From Myxococcales bacterium (GTDB taxonomy: Bacteria > Myxococcota_A > Polyangia > Haliangiales > Haliangiaceae), in contig JADJGV010000002.1 of assembly GCA_016707895.1 (NCBI GenBank), positions 463,695 to 527,694 of the forward strand: a stretch of 64,000 nucleotides of DNA, in the 5' to 3' direction. Shown here piece after piece: positions 1 to 7,967 of the stretch. Position 1 is the stretch's first letter; every line of letters starts with the position of its first letter. The notes under the pieces were generated by a model, which was given only the letters and a program-made list of their open reading frames with translations, ran no database searches and was not told where the DNA came from. The position numbers were made by a program, and so were the translations under genes.

Positions 1-301
1 GTGGCCTGCGGGTCGGTCGTGACGTTGACCGCGCTGCCGAACCCAGGCTCGACGTTCGCGGGGTGGACGGGGGCGTGCACCGGCGCCGGCGCCTGCACGC
101 TGACCGCCAACGGGCCGCTGACCCTGGCGCTCGCGCGGTTCCAGTGAATCGCCGAGGGATCCGGACCGGGCGATAATTGCCCGGAATAGTAGAAAGAATC
201 TCCAGGCGTCTGGTACGTTGGCCGCTGGCTGGGGCCAGGCGTCCGCCTCCCCGGCCACGTTCGACTGTACTCGACCAAAGGCCGGTAGGAGCCCAGGCGC
301 G

Positions 302-781
302 ATGTCCAACCAACTGGTGATGTACGAAGAGGAGCTAGCGCAGATCAGCAACATCTGCGACGTGCTCCAGCGCGACTCCAACGCGAAGGCTGTCCTCGTC
401 ATCGACAAGAACGGCCAGGCGATCGCGCAGTCGGGCGAGGTCGAGCAGCTCGACGTCACGTCGCTGTCGTCGCTCACCGCGGGCAACGTGGCGGCCACGG
501 GTGGCATCGCGTCCCTCCTCGCTGAGAAGGAGTTCGCGGGGCAGTTCCACGAGGGCGAGAAGACCAACGTCCACATCTCGATCGTCGGCGCCCGCGTGAT
601 CCTGCTGGTCCTGTTCGACGAGCGCTCGTCGCTCGGCCTGGTGCGCCTGCGCGTGCGCAAGGCCGCGGTCGAGCTGACTCACGTCCTCGAGGTCCTGGTC
701 AAGAAGAGCGAGTCGGGCAACCAGCCGTCGGTCTTCGCCGAGATCACCGACGACGACATCGACAACCTGTTCAACGACTAG
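302..781 (+). CDS. mglB: MglB, Roadblock/LC7-family GTPase-activating protein of MglA
   Basis: ORF 218..781; internal ATG at 302 with GGAG-like SD about 12 nt upstream. Translation (MSNQLVMYEEE...SLGLVRLR...DDDIDNLFND) is near-identical to recalled M. xanthus MglB. Confidence 0.9.
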   Translation: MSNQLVMYEEELAQISNICDVLQRDSNAKAVLVIDKNGQAIAQSGEVEQLDVTSLSSLTAGNVAATGGIASLLAEKEFAGQFHEGEKTNVHISIVGARVILLVLFDERSSLGLVRLRVRKAAVELTHVLEVLVKKSESGNQPSVFAEITDDDIDNLFND

Positions 782-793
782 GCGCGGGGACGT

Positions 794-1381
794 ATGAGCT
801 TCATCAACTACTCGTCGCGCGAGATCAACTGCAAGATCGTCTACTACGGGCCGGGTCTGTGCGGGAAGACCACCAACCTGCAGTACATCTACAACAAGAC
901 CAACCCCGAGGCGAAAGGGAAGATGATCTCCCTCGCCACGGAGACCGACCGCACGCTGTTCTTCGACTTCCTGCCGCTGTCGCTCGGTGAGATCCGCGGC
1001 TTCAAGACCCGCTTCCACCTGTACACGGTGCCGGGCCAGGTGTTCTACGACGCCAGCCGCAAGCTGATCTTGAAGGGCGTCGACGGCGTGGTGTTCGTCG
1101 GCGACTCGCAGCTCGAGCGCATGGAAGCCAACATCGAGTCGCTCGACAACCTGCGCACCAACCTGCAGGAGCAGGGCTACGACCTCGACAAGCTCCCCTA
1201 CGTCGTGCAGTTCAACAAGCGCGACCTGCCGAACTCGGCGCCGATGGAGGAGCTGCTCGAGGTGCTGAACCCGACCAAGGTCCCGCACTACGAGGCGGTC
1301 GCGACCAAGGGCGTCGGCGTGTTCGACACGCTCAAGGCGGTGGCCAAGCTGGTGCTGACCGAGCTGCGCAAGGCCGGCTGA
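794..1381 (+). CDS. mglA: MglA, Ras-like small GTPase (motility/polarity regulator)
   Basis: 195 aa. P-loop GPGLCGKTT; sequence ([33 protein letters not shown]...) nearly identical to M. xanthus MglA. Starts 12 nt after mglB. Confidence 0.95.
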   Translation: MSFINYSSREINCKIVYYGPGLCGKTTNLQYIYNKTNPEAKGKMISLATETDRTLFFDFLPLSLGEIRGFKTRFHLYTVPGQVFYDASRKLILKGVDGVVFVGDSQLERMEANIESLDNLRTNLQEQGYDLDKLPYVVQFNKRDLPNSAPMEELLEVLNPTKVPHYEAVATKGVGVFDTLKAVAKLVLTELRKAG

Positions 1382-3345
1382 TGGCCGGGATCGATTTCGG
1401 AGGAGCCATGACCGCGATCGCGCATCCGCGTTTCCGTACGGATCTGGTGGCCGAGCCCATCGACGACGGCGGCAAGCGCTTCATCGACGTCGTCGATCCC
1501 GACAGCGGCAACGGCTTCCGCTTCTTCGAGATCGAGTACTCGCTGGCGTGCGCCATGGACGGCGCGCGCGACATCGCCGGCATCCAGCGCTGGGCCCGCG
1601 AGGAGCTGGGCCTCGAGCCGTCCGCCGCCGAGGTGGCGACGGTGATCTCGACGCTCGGCGACCTCGGCTATCTCGAGGGCGCCGCGACGACCAGCATCGC
1701 CGCCGACGAGCCCGAGCTGGCCCCCGGCGTGGTGGCCGCGCGCCCGACCGCGGCGCCGATGAGCTTCGGCGACGTCGAGCTGGGCACCGCCGGCGCCGCG
1801 CCGCCGCGCGCGGTCGAGGACCTGCCCGCGGTCGACGACTTCGAGCTGGGCACCGCCGGTGGCGTCGCCCACCAGCCGAGCGCCCCGTCGATCACCGACG
1901 GCCCCGAGCTGGGCCCGTCGGGCGACGCCCGCATGATGGAGTTCGACGCCCCGACGCCGCCGCCCGCGGCGATGCCGACCGCGACGATGCGGCCGAGCTC
2001 GCGGCCCGACGCCGAGGACGACGGGCCGACCAACCTGCCCAAGCCGCAGTCGATCGCCGACGAGGACGAGGTGTCGGTCGACCTGGCCGATCACCTCGCG
2101 GTGTCGGCCTCCGACGTCAAGGAGGCGGTGCGCGCCTCCAAGGTCATGCAGGCGGTCGACATCCCCAAGGACGTGCTCGACCAGCTCGAGGCCAGCGAGC
2201 AGGCGGCCCGCGACACCGCCGAGCGCGAGGCTGCGGCCCGCGAGGCCGCGGCGCGTGAGCAGGCCGCGCGTGAGGCCGAGGCCCGTGAGGCCGCGGCGCG
2301 TGACGCCGCCGCCCGCGACGCCGCGGCGCGCGAGGCTGCGGCGCGTGAGGCCGCCGCGCGTGAGGCCGCCAGCCAGGCGGCGCGCGAGCAGGCCGGCCGG
2401 CCGGTGGCGGATCTGCCGCAGATCCCGGTCGGCGTGTCGAAGAAGAAGCCCGGCGTCGACGCGCCCAAGGACGACGACAAGGTCGCGACCCCGGTCGAGC
2501 CGCCCAAGGCCGGCACCAGCAAGGCGCTGGTGTTCGTGCTGGTGCTGGTGCTGCTCCTGGCCGGCGCCTTCGTGGTCTGGACCAAGGTCCTGAAGAAGCC
2601 GCTGCCGTGGGAGAAGTCGGACGAGGGCCAGACCGCCGCGCCGACCAAGCCGACCCAGCCGACGCCGCCCACGCCGCCGCCGCCCCCGCCGCCCCCGCCG
2701 GCGCCCACCGCGGCGCTGACCGAGAAGCCGGGCGACGTGTCGAACGTCGTCGCCGGTCAGGTCGGCGTGATCGCGTTCGTCGCCGCCGACGGCGCGCAGG
2801 TCGCGGTCGGTGACGAGCTGCTGCGCTTCAGCGCGAGCTCGGCCGACGAGAAGAAGCTGACCGGCCTCGACAACGATCTGACCGTCCGCTACCCGAAGCA
2901 GCTCAAGGACGCGACCGCGGCGCGCGACAAGGCGCAGGCCGCCGCCAACGCCGGCGCGCAGAAGGCGGCCGAGGCCAAGATGGCCGAGGTGCAGAAGAAG
3001 ATCGACGCCCGCACCGCCGAGCGCGACGCGCTGCGCGCCAAGCTCGACGGCCTGACCATCAAGGCGCCGATCGCCGGCGTGGTCAAGCTCGAGGGCAACA
3101 TCGCCAAGGGCGCGCGCACCACCGCCGACCAGGCGATCGCCACCGTCACCGGCCCGGCGTCGCTGATCGCGACCTTCACCATCCCGACCGGCGGCAAGAC
3201 GTACAGCCAGGACGCGTCGGTGATGGTGTCGGCCAAGGATCAGAAGGCCAACTGCACGGCGACCTCGGTCGACGGCCCCACGGTGGTCGTCACCTGTCCG
3301 CACGACGCCGGCATCGCCGCTGGCACGATGCTGACCCTCGAGTAG
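1381..3345 (+). CDS. Hypothetical bitopic membrane protein: N-terminal cytoplasmic domain, acidic/Pro-rich region, AAREA coiled-coil repeats, TM helix, PT-rich linker, C-terminal barrel-sandwich (HlyD/biotin-lipoyl-like) domain
   Basis: 654-aa ORF whose ATG overlaps the mglA stop (TGATG), indicating translational coupling. Hydrophobic stretch ALVFVLVLVLLLAGAFVVW, PTQPTPPTPPPPPPPPPAP linker, C-terminal beta-rich region. Function not recognised. Confidence 0.7.
   Translation: MAGIDFGGAMTAIAHPRFRTDLVAEPIDDGGKRFIDVVDPDSGNGFRFFEIEYSLACAMDGARDIAGIQRWAREELGLEPSAAEVATVISTLGDLGYLEGAATTSIAADEPELAPGVVAARPTAAPMSFGDVELGTAGAAPPRAVEDLPAVDDFELGTAGGVAHQPSAPSITDGPELGPSGDARMMEFDAPTPPPAAMPTATMRPSSRPDAEDDGPTNLPKPQSIADEDEVSVDLADHLAVSASDVKEAVRASKVMQAVDIPKDVLDQLEASEQAARDTAEREAAAREAAAREQAAREAEAREAAARDAAARDAAAREAAAREAAAREAASQAAREQAGRPVADLPQIPVGVSKKKPGVDAPKDDDKVATPVEPPKAGTSKALVFVLVLVLLLAGAFVVWTKVLKKPLPWEKSDEGQTAAPTKPTQPTPPTPPPPPPPPPAPTAALTEKPGDVSNVVAGQVGVIAFVAADGAQVAVGDELLRFSASSADEKKLTGLDNDLTVRYPKQLKDATAARDKAQAAANAGAQKAAEAKMAEVQKKIDARTAERDALRAKLDGLTIKAPIAGVVKLEGNIAKGARTTADQAIATVTGPASLIATFTIPTGGKTYSQDASVMVSAKDQKANCTATSVDGPTVVVTCPHDAGIAAGTMLTLE
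2215..2400 (+). repeat. In-frame tandem 15-nt (Ala-Ala-Arg-Glu/Asp-Ala)n coding repeat, about 12 units
   Basis: Nucleotide periodicity gcggcccgcgaggcc/gcggcgcgtgaggcc; encodes AAREAAAREQAAREAEAREAAARDAAARDAAAREAAAREAAAREAA. Confidence 0.8.
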
Positions 3346-3428
3346 CGCGCGTCGGTCGCGCCGGAGCGTGCCGGGGGCTGGGAACGTGATGGGCTGCCGC
3401 GCCGCGACTTTCGCGGTAGCCTCAGCCC

Positions 3429-3644
3429 ATGGCCAAGCTGACCGGTACGATCCAGAAGAGCGACCTCGAGGGAGGCCACTGGTTGCTCGTCACCGCCAAG
3501 GGCGAGCAGTACCAGCTCGTCGGCGCCAAGGGCGTCAAGGCCGGCCAGGAGGTCGTCGTCGAGGGCACCGTCGACCGCGGCGCGATGGGCATCGGCATGA
3601 CCGGCCCGACGTTCACGGTGAAGAAGATCTCGCCGAAGAAGTAG
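3429..3644 (+). CDS. Small conserved hypothetical protein (71 aa)
   Basis: ORF with strong GC3 bias; protein-like sequence MAKLTGTIQKSDLEGGHWLLVTAKGEQYQLVGAKG... No obvious SD. Confidence 0.45.
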   Translation: MAKLTGTIQKSDLEGGHWLLVTAKGEQYQLVGAKGVKAGQEVVVEGTVDRGAMGIGMTGPTFTVKKISPKK

Positions 3645-3651
3645 CCAGTAG

Positions 3652-3993
3652 CTACGGCCGCGCGGCGCCCGGTGGATGTGCCTGGCAGCGATCGGCCCAC
3701 GGCATCTCGAGCAACGACGCCGCGCCGAGATCGACGCCGCACACGTCGCAGCGGCCGTAGCGGTCGTCGTCGGCGTCGAGCCACCGGCGCCGCTGTTCGA
3801 CCTGCTCGAGCGCGGCGCGCAGGATCTCCTCGGGGCGAGCCCCCGGCTTGGCGTCGAGGCCGAGCGCGCGCAGCAGCCGATCGCCGTCGGTGCCGGCCAT
3901 CAGCTCGGCCAGCTTGGTCGCCAGGTCCTGGCCGCGGCGCATCAGGCCGCGGCGGAGCGTGACGCTGGTGGGGGGATCGAAGCGGTTGGTCAT
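3652..3993 (-). CDS. TraR/DksA-family C4 zinc-finger protein
   Basis: 113-aa C-terminal portion of ORF 3652..5391 beginning MTNRFDPP. CDVCGVDL...MPWADRC four-Cys motif. ATG (cat at 3991-3993) overlaps the stop of the upstream gene (ATGA). Confidence 0.7.
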   Translation of the reverse strand: MTNRFDPPTSVTLRRGLMRRGQDLATKLAELMAGTDGDRLLRALGLDAKPGARPEEILRAALEQVEQRRRWLDADDDRYGRCDVCGVDLGAASLLEMPWADRCQAHPPGAARP

Positions 3994-5042
3994 CGGGCCT
4001 CGGGCAGGGTGGACAGCAGCGCCTCGGCGGCGCGGGTGACGTCCGCCGGGCTGCCGCCCGAGGCCGGGAAGCGCTGCGCGACATGCCACAGCACGTGGCC
4101 GTCGCGATTGTCGACCATCGTCATCTCCAGGTACAGCGCCGAACGCCCGCGGCGTGGCGCGTCCGGGCGCTGGCTCCACTCGGTCGTCGGGCCCGCCTGC
4201 CAACCGGCCGGGCCGTAGGGATCGCGCGGGCCGACGTACAGCTCGATGCGCGGGTCGAGCATGTGCGGCACGACCCGGCCCGGGAACGTGCGCAGCAGGT
4301 GATCGGCGAGGTGCGCGCTGGTGCGCCCGACCTCGAACGCGACGTTGCCCGCGCGGGCCAGGCCGTGCACCGCGACCCGCCCGGTCGCGACGGCGGCGTC
4401 GGCCACCGCGTCGGCGGCGCGGGCCAGGCTGCCGCCGCCCTTGTGCTTGCTCTTGGCCAGCGCCACCGCGACGACGACCGCCACCACCACCACCGCGGCG
4501 ATCACCAGCACCTTGACCGCGGCGTTGTCGCCCGCGGGATCCTCGCCGACGTACGCCCAGCCGCCGACGTACAGCGTCGCCTCGGCGCCCGACGCGCCCA
4601 GCCGCGCCGGCAGCGGCGGCTGCGGCAAGCCGCCCAGCCGCGCGGCGGCGTCGTGGTAGCCGGCCAGCACGGTCTGCGTCGCCAGCAGCTGCTCGGGGGC
4701 CATCGCCCCGTGAGGCGCGCCGTCGTCGCCGATGAATGTGCCGTCCCACCGCAGCTGCGCGCCAGGCAGGTAGCCGCGCTGGTAGAGCGCCGTGGTGGCG
4801 GCGCCGGTCAGCGCGCTCTCCGCGGCCAGCCGCAACGCCTCGGGATCGCCGCGGCGGCCGTCGGTCCACACCGCCAGATCGATCGGCAGCACGTCGACCC
4901 GGGTGACGCCGGCGGCGTGGCCGGCGAGCCGATGATCGACCGTCGCCACCGGCCGCGGCCAGGAGGGTGAGCACGCCGCCACGAAGCTGGCGGCCGCGGC
5001 GAGGGCGACCGAGCGTCGGCGCAGGCCGGTCATGCTCAGCAT
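3990..5042 (-). CDS. Hypothetical membrane-anchored lipoprotein
   Basis: ORF 3990..5141; internal start MLSMTGLRRRSVALAAAASFVAACS (lipobox-like), one TM helix VLVIAAVVVVAVVVAVALA. Translationally coupled to the TraR-like gene. Confidence 0.6.
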   Translation of the reverse strand: MLSMTGLRRRSVALAAAASFVAACSPSWPRPVATVDHRLAGHAAGVTRVDVLPIDLAVWTDGRRGDPEALRLAAESALTGAATTALYQRGYLPGAQLRWDGTFIGDDGAPHGAMAPEQLLATQTVLAGYHDAAARLGGLPQPPLPARLGASGAEATLYVGGWAYVGEDPAGDNAAVKVLVIAAVVVVAVVVAVALAKSKHKGGGSLARAADAVADAAVATGRVAVHGLARAGNVAFEVGRTSAHLADHLLRTFPGRVVPHMLDPRIELYVGPRDPYGPAGWQAGPTTEWSQRPDAPRRGRSALYLEMTMVDNRDGHVLWHVAQRFPASGGSPADVTRAAEALLSTLPEAR

Positions 5043-5149
5043 GGTAGCAATCGCCGTTCCGCCGCCGATGTGGCCGATCCGCGCACGGCGCGCGCGTGCG
5101 CGGCCGACACCGTGGCGCCGCCGCCACACCGTGCGTATCATCGCGGCCC

Positions 5150-5428
5150 ATGCGCCTCGCTCTGGTCCCCGTGCTGGCCGCGCTCGCGCTGGCCGCCTGC
5201 ACCTCGCCCAAGAGCAAGACCTGCCGCGCGATCTGCGCCCGCGAGGCCGAGTGCAACGGCGCCAAGCCGTCGGAGGCGTCGAGCTTCGACGAGGGCGAGT
5301 GCATCGCGGCGTGCGCCGCGCTCGAGGTCGACAAGAACCCGTTCATCGCCGGCCAGGTGACCAAGCGCGCCGAGTGCCTGCGCTCGACCACCAGCTGCGG
5401 CGACTACCAGGCCTGCGCCGGCAAGTAG
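5150..5428 (+). CDS. Small Cys-rich secreted lipoprotein (paralog of 45249..45548)
   Basis: MRLALVPVLAALALAAC signal/lipobox; 8 Cys; C-terminal motif ECLRSTTSCGDYQACAGK resembles ...CAKSTSTCEAYKACIEK in the paralog. Confidence 0.65.
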   Translation: MRLALVPVLAALALAACTSPKSKTCRAICAREAECNGAKPSEASSFDEGECIAACAALEVDKNPFIAGQVTKRAECLRSTTSCGDYQACAGK

Positions 5429-5447
5429 CGGCGGCGCGCGCGGGCGC

Positions 5448-6308
5448 TCAGCGGGTCTGGGGATCGATCGCGTCGCGCAGGCCGTCACCCAGGAAGTTGA
5501 GCGCGAAGATCGTCAGGCCCATGGCCAGGCCGGGCCCGGCCAGCACCCACGGCGACACCGCCACCTGGGTCGAGCCCTCGGTGACCAGGGTGCCCCAGGA
5601 CGCCAGCGGCGCCTGCACGCCGAGGCCGATGAACGACAGGAAGGTCTCGGTCAGCATCGCCTGCGGGATCAGCACCGTCGCGTAGACCACGACGGTGCCG
5701 AGCGTGTTGGGGATGACGTGGTAGAGGACGATCCGCGCCGGGCTGGCGCCGATCGCGCGGGCGGCCTCGATGAACTCGCGCTGGCGCAAGGACAGCACCT
5801 GGCCGCGGACGATGCGCGCCATCGTCAGCCACGACACCGCGCCGATCAGCGCGAACAGCGACACCAGGCTGTGGGTGTCGAACACCGCGCGGATCACGAC
5901 GACGAAGACGATCGTCGGGAAGCCGTACATCACGTCGACGACGCGCATCATCACCGCGTCGACCCGGCCGCCGGCGTAGCCCGCGATCGCGCCCCAGGCC
6001 ACGCCGATCACCAGCGCCACCGCGGTCGCGGTCAGCCCGACGACGATCGCGATCCGGCCGCCGACCAGCACCCGCACCAGCAGGTCGCGGCCGAGGTTGT
6101 CGGTGCCCAGCGGGTGCGCGGCCGACGGCGGCGCCGCCAGCAGCTCGAGGTCGAGCGTCGTCGCGTCGAGCCCGAACCAGCCGCACACCACCGGGCCGAC
6201 GAAGCAGGCGAGCGCGATGACCGCGAAGCCGATCAGGCACGCGAACGCCATGCGGTTCTTGCGCAGCCGCCGCCACGCCTCGCGGCCGAGCGAACGCGGC
6301 GCGCTCAC
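5448..6308 (-). CDS. ABC transporter permease, OppC/DppC family
   Basis: C-terminal 286 aa of ORF 5448..7244. N-terminal WRRLRKNR motif, multiple TM segments, EAA-like loop. Inferred GTG start overlapping the oppB-like stop (GTGA). Confidence 0.8.
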   Translation of the reverse strand: MSAPRSLGREAWRRLRKNRMAFACLIGFAVIALACFVGPVVCGWFGLDATTLDLELLAAPPSAAHPLGTDNLGRDLLVRVLVGGRIAIVVGLTATAVALVIGVAWGAIAGYAGGRVDAVMMRVVDVMYGFPTIVFVVVIRAVFDTHSLVSLFALIGAVSWLTMARIVRGQVLSLRQREFIEAARAIGASPARIVLYHVIPNTLGTVVVYATVLIPQAMLTETFLSFIGLGVQAPLASWGTLVTEGSTQVAVSPWVLAGPGLAMGLTIFALNFLGDGLRDAIDPQTR

Positions 6309-7231
6309 GCGGCGCGCTCGCTGTGGCGGATGCGCGGGTCGATCCAGCCGTAGGCCAGGTCGACCAGCAGGTTGAACAGCACGAGGAAGCCGACGTAGAA
6401 GACCAGGAGGCCGGTCAAGACCGGGTAGTCGCGGCTGGTGACGCTGTCGACGAAGTAGAAGCCCAGCCCCGGGATCTGGAAGATCTTCTCGACGACGAAC
6501 GAGCCGCTGATGAGCCCCGCGGTGGCCGGCCCGAGGTAGCTCACCACCGGCAGGAGCCCGAGCCGCAGCCCGTGCCGCCACACGACGCCGCGCTCGCTCA
6601 CGCCCTTGGCCCGCGCGGTGCGGATGTAGTCGGCGCCCAGCGTCTCGATCATGCTGGCCCGCGCCAGCCGCGCGATCGTGCCGGCGTAGATCAGCCCCAG
6701 CACCGCCGCCGGCGCCAGGTAGCCGACGACGCCGTCGGCGCGCGCCGCCGGCACCCAGCCCAGCTCCAGCGCCAGGTAGCGGATCGCGATCGGGCCCAGC
6801 ACCAGCGACGGGATCGAGATGCCGATCAGCGCGACGCTCATCGCCGTGTAGTCGACCCAGGTGTTCTTGCGCGCCGCCGCCAGCACGCCGAGCAGCGTGC
6901 CGAACACCGCGGCGAACCCGATCGCCATCAGCCCCAGCGTCAGGCTGTACGGGAAGTGCCGCTTGATGATCGCGCCGACGGTCTCGGGCCGCTTCATCGA
7001 GTGGCCGAGGTCGCCGCGGGCCAGCCCGCTCATGTAGCGCCCGTACTGCTGCCACAGCGGATCGTGGAGGTGGTAGCGGTCCTCGATGTTGCGCTGCACC
7101 GCCGGCTGCAGCCGCCGCTCGCGCGAGAACGGCCCACCCGGCGCCGCGTGCAACAGCAGGAACGTGATCGTCGCGACCGCCGCCAGCACGGCGACGCCGC
7201 CGGCCAGGCGACTCACGATCAGGCGCAGCAC
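6305..7231 (-). CDS. ABC transporter permease, OppB/DppB family
   Basis: 308 aa; MLRLIVSRLAGGVAVLAAVATITFLL..., typical OppB topology and EAA loop (ETLGADYIRTARAKG). Confidence 0.85.
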   Translation of the reverse strand: MLRLIVSRLAGGVAVLAAVATITFLLLHAAPGGPFSRERRLQPAVQRNIEDRYHLHDPLWQQYGRYMSGLARGDLGHSMKRPETVGAIIKRHFPYSLTLGLMAIGFAAVFGTLLGVLAAARKNTWVDYTAMSVALIGISIPSLVLGPIAIRYLALELGWVPAARADGVVGYLAPAAVLGLIYAGTIARLARASMIETLGADYIRTARAKGVSERGVVWRHGLRLGLLPVVSYLGPATAGLISGSFVVEKIFQIPGLGFYFVDSVTSRDYPVLTGLLVFYVGFLVLFNLLVDLAYGWIDPRIRHSERAA

Positions 7232-7287
7232 GCGCGGCGATCATCGATCCGCGCGCGGCGGATGTCCATCGACGGCGGCGCGCGCGA

Positions 7288-7848
7288 TCAGAACGTGCCG
7301 ACCACGGCGACGCCGGCGCGGCCGGGCGCGAGCTGCGGCGCGAGCGTCACGCGGGTCGCGGCCGCGCGGTTCATCCGGGCGGCGCGGCCGGGCGCGGTCA
7401 GGATGTCGTCGATCGTCCCGGCGGCGTAGGCGGCGACGCCGAGGACCGCGATCGTCGGCCCCACTGGCGACTCCTCGCACGGCTGGGGCGCGAACAGCCC
7501 GCAATCGGAGAACGCGATCATCGCGCCGGTGAGGGTCGCCACTACGCCCAGGGTGCGCACGCCCAGGCCGCGGGTGAACAGCTCACCGGTATACAGGTGG
7601 CCGGCCGACGGTCCCACGTACGCCATCATCAGGCCCGCCGTCATCAGCACGTCGTTGTCGGGGCGGACGGCGACCGTGGCGACGCCGGCGGCGGTGACGC
7701 CGAGCGACAGCGCCAGCGCGGTCCCCTCGCTGTAGCGATCGCCGGTCGTCGGCGCCGGCTCGGCCGCCGGCGCGGACTGTGCGCGGGCGAGGGCGGGGAT
7801 GGCGAGGGTAGCCAGGGCGGCGACGACAGCGAGGCGAGTCATGCCCAC
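7288..7848 (-). CDS. Putative small outer-membrane beta-barrel protein
   Basis: 186 aa, signal peptide MTRLAVVAALATLAIPALARAQ, alternating hydrophobic strands, C-terminal ...VAVVGTF (aromatic terminal residue typical of OMP beta-signal). Lies inside the ABC operon. Confidence 0.5.
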   Translation of the reverse strand: MGMTRLAVVAALATLAIPALARAQSAPAAEPAPTTGDRYSEGTALALSLGVTAAGVATVAVRPDNDVLMTAGLMMAYVGPSAGHLYTGELFTRGLGVRTLGVVATLTGAMIAFSDCGLFAPQPCEESPVGPTIAVLGVAAYAAGTIDDILTAPGRAARMNRAAATRVTLAPQLAPGRAGVAVVGTF

Positions 7849-7967
7849 GGCATCTGCATCGGTCGGGCCAGTAAAGTTGCCCAGTGATTCAGCATGGTTG
7901 CCAGGGTGTACGTGTCAGCCGCTCGCCAGCGTCCGGTGATGTTTCGACGCCGCCCCGCGCTCACCCG

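Noticed and set aside
335-3303. Long minus-strand ORFs (335..1288, 1288..3303) and plus ORF 1548..2258 overlapping mglB, mglA and the downstream gene
   Set aside because: Arg/Ala/Gly/Asp-rich low-complexity translations typical of shadow ORFs in a 70% GC genome; the opposite or alternate frame encodes clearly recognisable proteins.
3422-5391. ORFs 3422..4084(-), 3676..4218(+), 4083..4970(+) and the N-terminal about 460 aa of 3652..5391(-)
   Set aside because: Low-complexity shadow frames; only the C-terminal 113 aa of 3652..5391 (TraR-like) and the 3990..5042 frame look protein-like.
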